Below are positions 29,369 through 41,899 of a DNA stretch of 53,704 nt, in pieces. This stretch comes from an uncultured Myxococcales bacterium (GTDB taxonomy: Bacteria; UBA10199; 2-02-FULL-44-16; JAAZCA01). The position numbers were made by a program, and so were the translations under genes. Where the stretch lies: positions 1 through 53,704 of the forward strand of contig CAYZSU010000004.1 in the NCBI GenBank assembly GCA_964480565.1. Direction: 5' to 3'. The notes beneath the pieces were generated by a model. That model made no database searches. It had not been told where the DNA came from and saw nothing but the letters and a program-made list of their open reading frames with translations. The stretch's first letter is position 1. Each line of letters starts with the position of its first letter.

Positions 29369-29394
29369 AACATTCCTTTCACGTCCAATCCTAG

Positions 29395-30192
29395 TTAAGC
29401 AGTTTGTGATACAGTTGATTGCTTTACAGCGGTCTTATTTTGAATCAATTCCTTTGCTAGTTCAAAATATGACAATGATCCTTTTGAGCTAATATCATAT
29501 AGGAGTATTGGTTTGCCATAGCTAGGCGCTTCGCTCAGCCGAACATTTCTTGGAATGACCACATTAAATACAGACTCTCTAAAATGTTTTCGTACTTCAT
29601 TTTCCACTTGTCGTGATAAATTGTTTCGTGCATCAAACATGGTTAATACTATTCCCCCAATATGAAGTCTGGGATTAATATTTTCTTTAACCAATGTAAT
29701 GGTTCGTTGTAGGTCAGCAATACCTTCCAATGCATAATACTCGCATTGGACTGGAATTAATACCGAATGCGCAGCTGAAAGCGCATTTAATGTGAGCAAT
29801 CCCAAAGAAGGTGGACAATCAATTAGTATATAATCAAAATCATCATGCAATTTTTCCAACTTTGCTTTTAAACGTGTTTCACGTGAAACAACGGATACCA
29901 ATTCCACTTCTGCGCCCACCAATTGAGTATTTGCAGGAACCAATTTCAGATAATTAATTTCCGTAGGTTGCATCACACTTGAAATATCATAATTATCCAC
30001 CAATGTATGATAAATACTTCCAGTAACCATATGCTTATTTACACCCAAGCCCGTGGTTGTATTTCCCTGCGGATCTAAATCGATCAAAAGAGTTCTCTTT
30101 TCAGCTGCAGCCAGAGCAGCAGCTAAATTTATGGATGTGGTTGTCTTACCCACCCCTCCCTTTTGATTACAAATTGCAATTATATTTGCCAT
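29395..30192 (-). CDS. parA: Chromosome partitioning ATPase ParA/Soj
   Basis: NQKGGVGKTT, DLDPQGN, DCPPSLG and IPRNVRLSEAPSYG. Confidence 0.97.
   Translation of the reverse strand: MANIIAICNQKGGVGKTTTSINLAAALAAAEKRTLLIDLDPQGNTTTGLGVNKHMVTGSIYHTLVDNYDISSVMQPTEINYLKLVPANTQLVGAEVELVSVVSRETRLKAKLEKLHDDFDYILIDCPPSLGLLTLNALSAAHSVLIPVQCEYYALEGIADLQRTITLVKENINPRLHIGGIVLTMFDARNNLSRQVENEVRKHFRESVFNVVIPRNVRLSEAPSYGKPILLYDISSKGSLSYFELAKELIQNKTAVKQSTVSQTA
29875..29890. promoter_or_regulatory. parS site inside parA
   Basis: Perfect TGTTTCACGTGAAACA. Confidence 0.9.
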
Positions 30193-30251
30193 GCGTCAGC
30201 TATAGTAATGCCTCTATAAAAACACAAGCTTTTTTTAAATATATTTACCAA

Positions 30252-30267
30252 TGTTTCACGTGAAACA
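30252..30267. promoter_or_regulatory. parS site
   Basis: Perfect TGTTTCACGTGAAACA upstream of parA. Confidence 0.95.
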
Positions 30268-30659
30268 TCGACATATTGGTTAGAGTACCCAGATCAATAA
30301 CGACCAACAAATCATACACATGCACTAATTGGAAGGACGTGATGCGTCCAATGATTAGTTACATATTTTATGTATACATTTTCATTACTAACTTCATTAA
30401 AAAAAACAGCGTCATCCATAGGGCAAACTGAAATCTGGGTTTTGCTTACACCCTCAATAGCTGAATTGCTTTGCTAACCTAAAGACTCTCTCGCTAGCGA
30501 CACGATATTGTTAAACACCCATAGAATAGATACGTTTAAATTTGTAAACACACTTTAGGACGCATACTGCCCCTCAAATGACATCCCTAGTAAAATAGGT
30601 ATATCCAACAAGATACTATTATGAGCGAGACAGAGGAGTATGGCGGTGTCAATGACCGA

Positions 30660-30675
30660 TGTTTCACGTGAAACA
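30660..30675. promoter_or_regulatory. parS site
   Basis: Perfect TGTTTCACGTGAAACA within a 22-bp perfect palindrome (30657-30678). Confidence 0.95.
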
Positions 30676-30698
30676 TCGATATGATTATAGTTTTTATA

Positions 30699-31316
30699 TT
30701 ATTTTTTAGAGATTAAATGAAATTGAAGCAAGGAACGATGCTCCCCAGACAATAAGGTATAATCACTCACTTGATCCAAGGACCAGCATTGCTTATCATA
30801 AGGCCTTTCGATTAATTCCACCGACCAATTGGGACCTTTCCAAGCAATGACCTGACCACACATTGTATCTATATAATGATATGCAATAGTTAAAAAATCA
30901 TCCAATTGCCATGTCGCACGTGAAACAAGAGTATCAGCCAAACCAATCTGCTTTTGACATTCACTGGACTCCGCTCGCGCCCATATACAGTGAACGTTTT
31001 TTAAATTCAATGATGCAATTGTATGATTGCAAAAAGATATACGTTTTTGTCTGGAATCAATCAATGTAAAGCGTATATCAGGACATACAATGGCCAATGC
31101 CAAACCAGGAATTCCAGCACCACATCCCAAATCAACAATATGTTGCGAAGAAGCCAGTAAAGGGCATGCTTGCCACGCATCAAAAACATGCTTATCAATA
31201 AATTGCTGATAGTTCGCAATATGCATTAAGTTTATCTTTTTATGCCACTTTACAAACAAATCATAATATTTTTTAACAAGCTCAGTATTATCATCCAGCA
31301 GATGGCTAAAATTCAT
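30699..31316 (-). CDS. rsmG: 16S rRNA (guanine(527)-N7)-methyltransferase RsmG/GidB
   Basis: W.KKINL, HVFD, DLGCGAGIPG, DSRQKR, RAE and VSRA. Start placed at ATG 31316 (AAGGT RBS); the ORF track extends to 31361. Confidence 0.93.
   Translation of the reverse strand: MNFSHLLDDNTELVKKYYDLFVKWHKKINLMHIANYQQFIDKHVFDAWQACPLLASSQHIVDLGCGAGIPGLALAIVCPDIRFTLIDSRQKRISFCNHTIASLNLKNVHCIWARAESSECQKQIGLADTLVSRATWQLDDFLTIAYHYIDTMCGQVIAWKGPNWSVELIERPYDKQCWSLDQVSDYTLLSGEHRSLLQFHLISKK
30912..30927. promoter_or_regulatory. Degenerate parS inside rsmG
   Basis: TGTCGCACGTGAAACA, 2 mismatches to consensus; coincides with the conserved VSRA coding motif. Confidence 0.45.
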
Positions 31317-31414
31317 ATTGACCTTAAATGAGATAAAGGCGATATAATCGCCTTTATCCAATAAAATATTTATAATATTATTTCATCCTTTGATCCCGCT
31401 AAAACCAGTGCCCT

Positions 31415-33085
31415 TCAACTCCGTTTGATCAATCGAGATAAGGTATATCCATTATTATATGTCCATTGCTGAGTCACACTCATAACCGTATTAACCAAAA
31501 TATATACTACCAAACCCACAGGTAAAAATAACATTAACACAGTAAACATAACTGGCATCATCATCATCATTTTCTTTTGAGCAGGATCTGCACTTGCAGA
31601 TGGCATTAGCATTTGCTGAGCAACCATAAATATACCTAAAAGTATAGGCGTTATATAGTATGGATCTGGCGCAGATAAATCCTGATAAATCCAGAAAAAT
31701 GGCGCATGATATAACTCAATGGAATTCCAAAGAACCTTATAAAGCGCAATATAAATTGGAAATTGAAGCAACATCGGCAAACAACCACCCAGCGGGTTCG
31801 CACCATGTCGTTTAAATAATGCCATAGTTTCCTGATTAATACGCTGCTTATCATTTGCATACTTTTCTTTCATTGCCTTTAATTCTGGCTGCAATGCGCT
31901 CATCGCCTTCATTGATTTTAATGATTTTGCATTGATAGGATGAAGCAATAATTTGACAAATACTGTTAACAAAATAATTGCTACACCGTAATTTTGAATT
32001 AAACCATAAAAAAACTGTAATAAATATAAAATTGGAACCGCAATAACAGTAAACCAACCATAGTCAATCGCATCCTCCAAATGAACATTCGCAGTTTTTA
32101 ACATACTGATATCCTTTGGACCTGCATATGCAAGAAATTTTGACGTTGTCGTTGTATGACTTGGAAATGCAACACTTGACAAAGAAAGCCCAGACCACAC
32201 ATCAGATCCTGATTGATTTTGTGCTGTATTTAATCGACCATATCGTGCTGAAATGTCTGAACTAATTTGACGTGGGATAATGACATTGATGAAATAACGA
32301 CTTTCCAACCCAGACCATGCAATATGCCCTGTTTGGAATGTAGATAAAGGCAGTTTTTTGACAGATGCATCGCGTTCTGCTTCATTATTTAAATAATAAA
32401 TAGGTGTCATACTATCCAAGGGAGCTTGCTTAAACATACCCATTAAACCCGTTGGCTTGCCTAAAAAACTTGCACCCCACATTAATGTAGGCTGTCCTGT
32501 TAATGAACGATCCGTTAAATTTGTCACCTCAACATCAATTGACGCCATATATGTATTGGGATGCAAAGAAATATGTTTAATGATCTCAACTTCTTTAGAT
32601 TGCCAACGCAAACGAATATCTCGCTTATCCGCAGAAATAATTTCATAACGCGGCGTTTTTGGAAAATAAAAGTTGGCATTCTCAAAAGTCAATGTCAGTG
32701 CAGGCATGGTCTGTATATCATGCATTGCCAGATCAGTGGGCGGACTGGTTAGATCAGTCGTACTATTGTATTTCTGTAATTTCCAATGAGTTACCACCCC
32801 ACCATCATTGCTAACAGTCACCGCAAGCAATGGTGTTTCCATTGTCCATGTCTTTACAGGAATAGTGGATGCCTTAGAATCAACTGGCTCCTTTTTTGTG
32901 CTTGGCAAATGCAGTGATGTTGAATGGTCACTACTTGACTCATTAGCAGTAACCGCCTGCTGACTTGTGTTTGTAGGGGATATTGATGGTGCAGAATCAG
33001 TTTTTGGTTTGAAAAAAATATTCCACCCTGCAAATATTGCAACTGATAGCACAATTGCAATTAATGTGCGATTTCCTTCTGTCAT
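31415..33085 (-). CDS. yidC: Membrane protein insertase YidC
   Basis: YAGPK, IDYGWF, NYGVAIILLT, NPLGGCLP.LLQ.P and DLSAPDPYYI.P. Confidence 0.97.
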   Translation of the reverse strand: MTEGNRTLIAIVLSVAIFAGWNIFFKPKTDSAPSISPTNTSQQAVTANESSSDHSTSLHLPSTKKEPVDSKASTIPVKTWTMETPLLAVTVSNDGGVVTHWKLQKYNSTTDLTSPPTDLAMHDIQTMPALTLTFENANFYFPKTPRYEIISADKRDIRLRWQSKEVEIIKHISLHPNTYMASIDVEVTNLTDRSLTGQPTLMWGASFLGKPTGLMGMFKQAPLDSMTPIYYLNNEAERDASVKKLPLSTFQTGHIAWSGLESRYFINVIIPRQISSDISARYGRLNTAQNQSGSDVWSGLSLSSVAFPSHTTTTSKFLAYAGPKDISMLKTANVHLEDAIDYGWFTVIAVPILYLLQFFYGLIQNYGVAIILLTVFVKLLLHPINAKSLKSMKAMSALQPELKAMKEKYANDKQRINQETMALFKRHGANPLGGCLPMLLQFPIYIALYKVLWNSIELYHAPFFWIYQDLSAPDPYYITPILLGIFMVAQQMLMPSASADPAQKKMMMMMPVMFTVLMLFLPVGLVVYILVNTVMSVTQQWTYNNGYTLSRLIKRS

Positions 33086-33321
33086 GATCTCCTCTTTTCC
33101 TTAGTATTCGAAAAATCAATGCCCCCAGGATGCCAGGGACCGCATTTACACACACGGATAAGACTAAAATAAAATGCCTGAAAAAATGAATGCGACTGAA
33201 ACATTAATTTTGCATATTCCGAACATGTGGGATAAAAACGGCAATGCGCTCCCAATGCAAAAAAAATGGGGGACACAAATCGTTGATATAATGTAATTAA
33301 AATAATTATAAAACAACTCAT
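33082..33321 (-). CDS. yidD: Membrane protein insertion efficiency factor YidD
   Basis: YQRFVSP, CRFYPTCSEY and CGPWHPGGID. ATG 33321 overlaps the rnpA stop. Confidence 0.93.
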   Translation of the reverse strand: MSCFIIILITLYQRFVSPIFFALGAHCRFYPTCSEYAKLMFQSHSFFQAFYFSLIRVCKCGPWHPGGIDFSNTKEKRRS

Positions 33322-33695
33322 AATGACCCGGTTGTATTCAAATATTGGTTTAATCTTTTCAAAGCCATCCAAAAATTATTGCGAATTGCCTGATTCGTGC
33401 ATTTACCAGAGCGAGGCGCAAAAATGACTACAATGTCACCCATTGGAAAATCTGCGCGATGACAACGAAAAAGCTCACGAATAACTCGTTTTAAGCGATT
33501 TCTATCCACCGCTCGTCCCACACTGCGCATACTAATTAAACCGAGTCGTGATGTGCTACCTGATAAAAAAGCAAGGGTCAAGTGATTGGCGCGAAACCGC
33601 TGCCCATGTCGCTTGACCCTTAAAAAATCAACAGCGCGTGACATACGCGCTGTTTTTAAAAAACTATGATTATCTACTACATCCGATATTAACAC
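33318..33695 (-). CDS. rnpA: Ribonuclease P protein component
   Basis: RLG.....VG.AV.RNRLKR..RE.FR motif; canonical position. Confidence 0.93.
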   Translation of the reverse strand: MLISDVVDNHSFLKTARMSRAVDFLRVKRHGQRFRANHLTLAFLSGSTSRLGLISMRSVGRAVDRNRLKRVIRELFRCHRADFPMGDIVVIFAPRSGKCTNQAIRNNFWMALKRLNQYLNTTGSL

Positions 33696-33835
33696 TCACT
33701 GCTAGCGGATAATTTAACACGACCCTTTGCGCGGCGACGATTAATCAGCTTACGGCCAGATTTTGTCTTCATGCGAGATAAAAAACCAAACTTATTACGA
33801 CGTTTACGATTACTGGGTTGATATGTACGTTTCAT
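33689..33835 (-). CDS. rpmH: 50S ribosomal protein L34
   Basis: Below the ORF-track cutoff. Translates [48 protein letters not shown]; GAGG RBS. Confidence 0.98.
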   Translation of the reverse strand: MKRTYQPSNRKRRNKFGFLSRMKTKSGRKLINRRRAKGRVKLSASSEC

Positions 33836-34074
33836 AAAATGACCTCTTCTTTACTGATTTAAATATTTAACTAAAAAAAAGACAGCATAAGCCGCCAATA
33901 TGCGAATATTAGTTTACGATTAAAACCACAAAAAAGTACGACAGTCAAGAGTTTAATCAGGGCAAACGCATTAAAGTTATATAAAAATGAGTATTATGAG
34001 ATTACTTATTGCTGGAACTCTTGAAAAACATCCATCTACTGTATTTCATGAGCATAATACCGAAATTCTCATAT

Positions 34075-34250
34075 AACTGGCCTCAAAATAGCAATTTACA
34101 AGAGTGTTCAAAATACCTAGATTGCTTGGGCTTCTATCGAATTACTAAAGATTTTAGGCATAAACAGCGACTTTAGCCTTAGCAGCCGTATAAATATTAT
34201 GACAACTGGAATGCTTATATTAGCAAATGCCCACGTTATCATAGCGCTTG
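34075..34250 (+). mobile_element. Family-1 element fragment in the rpmH-dnaA spacer
   Basis: gattgcttgggcttctatcgaattactaaagattttaggcataaacagcgact matches 4709-4762 (gattgcgtgggcctctatcgaattacgaacaggtttcaggcataaacagcaact). Confidence 0.8.
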
Positions 34251-34524
34251 GCAGTGATTACATTATTTAAAAAAAACCCTCAAAACGCCCATTGTGAGAT
34301 TAGACAATCATATATCAAAAATAATTATACTCCATGTTGCTTTCCACTTGTTTTAAAGCAATTTTCAAAATAAGTAATCACCTACTTCATTAATAAGTTA
34401 ATAGTATTGAAAAACAACCATTCATGGGATTCTCAAAAAAATATAGGAAAACCGTGCAATCGCAAATAAAGCATGCATTAAGATTTACTGCTGGACGTTT
34501 TTTTAGATAGTCCAAATATAAAAA

Positions 34525-34558
34525 TTATCAACAGAGTTATCCACACTTGTGGATAACT
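34525..34558. promoter_or_regulatory. DnaA boxes upstream of dnaA
   Basis: TTATCAACA (34525), TTATCCACA (34537) and inverted TGTGGATAA (34548). Confidence 0.9.
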
Positions 34559-34569
34559 AAAAAATACAT

Positions 34570-35910
34570 ATGACCGATATATTAGAACAATTAAAATCAC
34601 GAATTCATAGTAAAATCAGTGAGTTAAACTTTACCACGTGGTTTAAGCCTATTAAAAATGCAGTGATCAAAGACAATACATTTTGTCTGATCGTCCCCAA
34701 TAAATTCGTGTCCGATTGGATTATAGACTATTATGCGGACATGATTCATCATGAACTCTATGCAATGACTCAAATAGAATATCGGCTTACATTTGAAGTG
34801 GATGAACAAAGTGAACAAGAGGAAAAAAAAACTATTCACAGTCCCATCATTCAAATCCCAGATACACCCACAGTTATCAATCAATCCATTGAACAACTGA
34901 ATTCAAAATTTAGCTTTGATCGATTTGTGGTAGGTAGTTCCAATCAGTTTGCCCATGCAGCTTGCAAAGCCGTGGCAGATTTACCGGGCGGCCATTATAA
35001 CCCGCTATTTATTTATGGCGGTGTCGGTCTCGGTAAAACGCATTTATTGCATGCAATTGGACTGCAAGCCGGCCACAATCGTCCCCAATCACGATTAATA
35101 TATATGAGTGCTGAGCGCTTTATGAATGAGCTTATCAACTCATTGCGATATGAAAAAATGCATGAATTTCGGGCCAAATTTCGTGAGAACTGCGATATAC
35201 TATTAATTGATGATGTTCAATTTATCGGCGGTAAAGAGCGCACTCAAGAAGAATTCTTTCACACATTTAATGCCTTACATGAATCGCAAAAACAAATTGT
35301 TGTTACTAGCGATAAATTACCTCGTGAAATTCCTGGTCTAGAAGAGCGTTTACGATCCCGATTTGAATGGGGTTTAATTGCTGACATTCAAGCACCTGAC
35401 TTGGAAACACGCATTGCTATCTTAAAGAAGAAAGCCGATGCAGCTAATATTCACTGTGGCGAAGATGTATTTATGTTTTTAGCAAGCTCAATTGTTACCA
35501 ATGTCCGCGAATTGGAAGGATCACTAATTCGGATCAATGCATTTGCATCCCTTACTGGAACAACAATTAATATTGATTTAGCCAGAGATGTTCTTGGTAG
35601 CATCATCGATCAAGCCAAAAAAATATGCACTATTGAAAGCATTCAAAAAACAGTGGCTCATTATTATAATGTTACTGTTGCGGATTTAAAATCACCTAAA
35701 CGAACAAAAGGACTTGCTCACCCACGTCAGATTGCCATGTACTTGTCTAAAAAAATAGTCAAAAGTTCATTTCCTGATATTGGAAATAAATTTGGCGGCA
35801 AAGATCACACCACAGTTATTTATGCATGTCGAAAAATAGAAAAAGAAATGAATGATAATATTACATTGAAAAATGATATAGCCATTCTTGAAAAACAATT
35901 ACTTCAATAA
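34570..35910 (+). CDS. dnaA: Chromosomal replication initiator DnaA
   Basis: YNPLFIYGGVGLGKTHL, LLIDDVQF, QEEFFHTFN and GGKDHTTV. Confidence 0.99.
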   Translation: MTDILEQLKSRIHSKISELNFTTWFKPIKNAVIKDNTFCLIVPNKFVSDWIIDYYADMIHHELYAMTQIEYRLTFEVDEQSEQEEKKTIHSPIIQIPDTPTVINQSIEQLNSKFSFDRFVVGSSNQFAHAACKAVADLPGGHYNPLFIYGGVGLGKTHLLHAIGLQAGHNRPQSRLIYMSAERFMNELINSLRYEKMHEFRAKFRENCDILLIDDVQFIGGKERTQEEFFHTFNALHESQKQIVVTSDKLPREIPGLEERLRSRFEWGLIADIQAPDLETRIAILKKKADAANIHCGEDVFMFLASSIVTNVRELEGSLIRINAFASLTGTTINIDLARDVLGSIIDQAKKICTIESIQKTVAHYYNVTVADLKSPKRTKGLAHPRQIAMYLSKKIVKSSFPDIGNKFGGKDHTTVIYACRKIEKEMNDNITLKNDIAILEKQLLQ

Positions 35911-36226
35911 ATAAAGAATACCATAACACGCTTTCACGTAACACTACAGAAGTACACGTTTTCATTTTTATAGATACAATCAAGCTTGTGAATAACATTG
36001 TGGATAGATGTGAATAACATTGTGTAAAAATAAGAGTTGCCTGTTGACAGATTTACACCATATGGATAATTCTACATTTGCTGTGAGTAAGTAGTCATTT
36101 ATACAGTATTCATTCACATACTTATCCAATGTAAACTAACTTATATTCTAAATAGTTAACAGACTTATTCACTAATTCACAGGTACTATTACTACTACTA
36201 ATAAATATTTATAAATAAAAATTAAT
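35911..36226. other. Replication origin oriC (DnaA-box cluster, DnaA-trios, AT-rich DUE)
   Basis: Boxes TGTGAATAA (35987, 36009), TGTGGATAG (35999) and TTATTCACT/TAATTCACA (36165-36181), then TACTATTACTACTACTA (36184-36200) and an AT-only tract. Confidence 0.9.
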
Positions 36227-36236
36227 AGGAGCATTT

Positions 36237-37373
36237 ATGGAAATAAAAATACATCGAAATGAATTATATAAAGCAGTCAATCTAGCAAATGGTGTTGCAG
36301 AATCAAAAACAACCATGCCAATATTAAGCAATGTAATTATAGACGCAACAGACAAGACCATAAGACTAACCGCTTCTAATTCAGAAGTATGGATTGTATG
36401 TAGCTATCAAGCGGATGTGATTAGCAATGGACGCATTGCAATCAATGCACGTAATTTACATGATATTGTTAAGGAGTTTTCAAGTGATGTGATACATATG
36501 GAAACTATCAGTGATAGCCAATTGGATATCAAGTGTGGTAACAGTCAGTTTAAAATTAATGTACTGCCCACTGATGAATATCCAGATATTCCAGATAGTA
36601 AAATTTCAGATACAAGCATTTCTGTAAGCAGTGCAGTGATCAATGAAATGATTGCCAAAACATCGTTTTCCATGTCCACGGATGATGCACGAATTACATT
36701 GAATGGCGTGTTCATTGAGAATGCAATTACTGAAACAGGCAATCCTTGTATTCGATTCGTGGCAACCGATAGTCATCGATTATCCATTGTTGAACGAAAT
36801 GTCGCATCAAAATGGGATATGAAAACAGGAATGATCGTTCCGCGTAAAGGTGTGAGTGAATTAAAACGGCTTGCAGATATAAGCGATTCAGATATTACCA
36901 TTCAGTTTTCGGAAAAATTTTTGCTTCTTAATAAGGACAATATTGAAATGGCAGTGCAGTTGATTGAAGGCAATTATCCACCCTATGAACGTGTTATTCC
37001 AAAAAACTGTAATACCTCGATTCCAATTGATCGCAAGAAATTAGTCCAATCGTTAAAGCGCATGATGATTCTAACAACGGATCGCACATTAAGTGTTAAA
37101 TTTTCATTTTCGCCGAATAATTTAGATATGTTCACCAATAATCCCAAGATGGGAGAAGCTGAGGAAAATATTGGTATTACATACAAAAGCGAATCCTTTG
37201 ATGTTGGATTTAATGGAAAATACCTATTGGATGCATTGGCTGCGATATCCGACGATGAAGTCATACTTGAACTCGGGAATGAAACCACGCCATGCATTGT
37301 ACGCAGCCAATCCGATCCGCTATTTACGCATGTGATTATGCCAATGCGATTACTCAAATCACAAAGCGTCTAA
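36237..37373 (+). CDS. dnaN: DNA polymerase III beta sliding clamp
   Basis: MPILSNV, VATDSHRL, IVPRKG, GFNGKYLLD and VIMPMR; position after dnaA. Confidence 0.97.
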   Translation: MEIKIHRNELYKAVNLANGVAESKTTMPILSNVIIDATDKTIRLTASNSEVWIVCSYQADVISNGRIAINARNLHDIVKEFSSDVIHMETISDSQLDIKCGNSQFKINVLPTDEYPDIPDSKISDTSISVSSAVINEMIAKTSFSMSTDDARITLNGVFIENAITETGNPCIRFVATDSHRLSIVERNVASKWDMKTGMIVPRKGVSELKRLADISDSDITIQFSEKFLLLNKDNIEMAVQLIEGNYPPYERVIPKNCNTSIPIDRKKLVQSLKRMMILTTDRTLSVKFSFSPNNLDMFTNNPKMGEAEENIGITYKSESFDVGFNGKYLLDALAAISDDEVILELGNETTPCIVRSQSDPLFTHVIMPMRLLKSQSV

Positions 37374-37382
37374 TCGCAATCA

Positions 37383-38495
37383 ATGCATATTCAGTCGCTA
37401 TCCTTATTGCATTATCGAAATATCATTGGCCATACATTGTCCTTTGAATCAAAGTTCAATGTATTGATTGGCCGCAATGCGCAAGGAAAAACAAATATTG
37501 CAGAATCAATTTATATGCTATCGCATGGGCGATCATTTCGAAGTAAGGAATTTCGTGATCTAATTGCATGGACAAATGATCATGCGCAAATAGATGCACA
37601 TATTAGTCATGAATTGGGCGATGATCATCTTCGTATGACGCTGAATCAGGAAAAAAAGATTTTTTTTCGAAATCAAAAAAAAGCACGTGCAACCCCTTCC
37701 AAATGCTGCGTCATACTTTTTTCTCCAGAAGAAATTTTTTTAATCCGTAATTCACCATCTGCACGGCGAAAATATATTGATCGGCTAATTGGCATTGTAT
37801 CCACAACATATAAATCTGTATTGCACAAATATGAGACGGTCGTTACACAACGAAATAAATTGCTTCAATCGGCAGACTTATCCATACAGCACATTCATCA
37901 GCAACTCATTCCATGGAATGAGCAATTGGCTGTATTGGGTGCAAAGGTGATTTCAGCACGGCATTATTGGTTAAATCAGCTAAATGAATTGATTCCCAAG
38001 TGCTATTATGCAATTGCACCGAACGATGAATTGTCGACATTTCAATATAAGCCAAATTGTGGCGCCATGCATTTGGAAAAAAATGAATCTATGCTTGCAA
38101 ATATACTCCATGAACAGCTTCATATGCGGCAAAAAGACGAATATATGCGCCGTATTACGCTAATTGGACCACAGCGCGATGATATTGATGCATGCATTGG
38201 AACAAAAAGTATTAAACAATTTGGCTCTCAAGGTCAGCATCGAACATTTATTTTAGCACTGAAGATGGCAGAAATTTCATTTCTACAACATCATTTAAAT
38301 CATCTTCCTATTCTCATTTTAGATGATGTGGCAAGTGAGTTGGATCAAACGCGCAATGCATTTTTATTCCAGTATATCAGTGACTTAAACGGACAAGTAT
38401 TTATTACGACAACAAATGAAACTGATATTCACTACTTGCCAACAGCTCATTCTCAGCTATTTGATATTTGCGATGGTCAAATCAAATCCCGCTAA
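37383..38495 (+). CDS. recF: DNA replication/repair protein RecF
   Basis: GRNAQGKTN, GPQRDD, GSQGQHR and ILDDVASELD. Confidence 0.97.
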   Translation: MHIQSLSLLHYRNIIGHTLSFESKFNVLIGRNAQGKTNIAESIYMLSHGRSFRSKEFRDLIAWTNDHAQIDAHISHELGDDHLRMTLNQEKKIFFRNQKKARATPSKCCVILFSPEEIFLIRNSPSARRKYIDRLIGIVSTTYKSVLHKYETVVTQRNKLLQSADLSIQHIHQQLIPWNEQLAVLGAKVISARHYWLNQLNELIPKCYYAIAPNDELSTFQYKPNCGAMHLEKNESMLANILHEQLHMRQKDEYMRRITLIGPQRDDIDACIGTKSIKQFGSQGQHRTFILALKMAEISFLQHHLNHLPILILDDVASELDQTRNAFLFQYISDLNGQVFITTTNETDIHYLPTAHSQLFDICDGQIKSR

Positions 38496-38624
38496 CAATT
38501 GATATAAACTGATTTAAAGCGCTATTACTGATTTATTTCTCCTTTACTCTATAGGCGGCGTATGATAATAAAGCCGATCTTAATTTAAGTATTATACTAC
38601 TATTTGCTATTCAAAGGAATTATT

Positions 38625-41062
<2,438 letters not shown>

Positions 41063-41308
41063 ATTTTATGGAACTACTCTTAAAATGGTATTGTAATCTT
41101 TTGTATTTGTATTGACTGCATATATTGGAAGCCTGACAAATCAAGTATGTACGGCAATCGTAGGGGGGTTTAAGATTAGTCACAAGTTTAAACGTATCAG
41201 TTTTATAGGTGTTTAACAAAACTGTGTTATTGCGAAATGGCCTTTAGACCAGCGAAGTGGGTCCAGACATTAGTCCCTTAATAAACAATGATAATACCTA
41301 CCAATCAT

Positions 41309-41548
41309 GGGACTGTTGAGAAATAGGTATTTTAGGGGCTGTTCAAAAATGCCCAGATTCTAGGCGGACAGCGACTATTATATTTTCACTGTCGGTAATG
41401 CATAAGCGCTTGATCAACTTGGCTGACGTTGCACCCAAGTTGTCATATCGCTAAACAGCAAATTCAATGAAGGCGCATACATACGAGTATGTAACTGAAT
41501 TGAATTTGGCTTTCCAACGACGAAGATGGGCGTTTTGAGGGCAGCCCC
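41309..41548 (+). mobile_element. Family-1 miniature element (240 bp) with 5-bp target-site duplication ATCAT
   Basis: Termini gggactgttgagaaat ... gttttgagggcagcccc; atcat at 41304-41308 and 41549-41553. Confidence 0.88.
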
Positions 41549-41690
41549 ATCATCTGGAATACTAAATTTTTCTTTCAAACTATTATACACGTATTTGTAC
41601 AACTCTGCACTGCTCACGCCTAATATAATTACTCATAATAAATCTTCGTCATCACCAATGGCGCATATGCATGATTTGCTAATCATTATA

Positions 41691-41820
41691 CTTCTTTTAG
41701 AGGTTTGGTCAGTCTGCTTTGCTTCAGGCCTGTTCGTCATCGCGAGAGACCCGATGGGCATCGTGGCGATTCAGACTGGATCGCTTCATCACTTCGTTTT
41801 TCGCAGGTGATGCAGTATCA
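41691..41820 (-). repeat. REP-like palindromic repeat (family 2)
   Basis: Reverse complement aligns with 1988-2116. Confidence 0.85.
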
Positions 41821-41828
41821 AATGTGAA

Positions 41829-41861
41829 ATTTGCAGGATGAAAGTTTTCTACCCTGCAAAT
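41829..41861 (-). terminator. Possible terminator hairpin after pepT
   Basis: atttgcagg ... cctgcaaat inverted repeat ~40 bp after the pepT stop; weak U-tract. Confidence 0.4.
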
Positions 41862-41899
41862 ATCTTATTTATAGGACTTAGCGTAAATTGCTATACCGG

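Noticed and set aside
30270-30655. ncRNA or small gene between the two parS sites
   Set aside because: Only weak hairpins and possible decayed REP fragments; no ORF or recognisable RNA motif.
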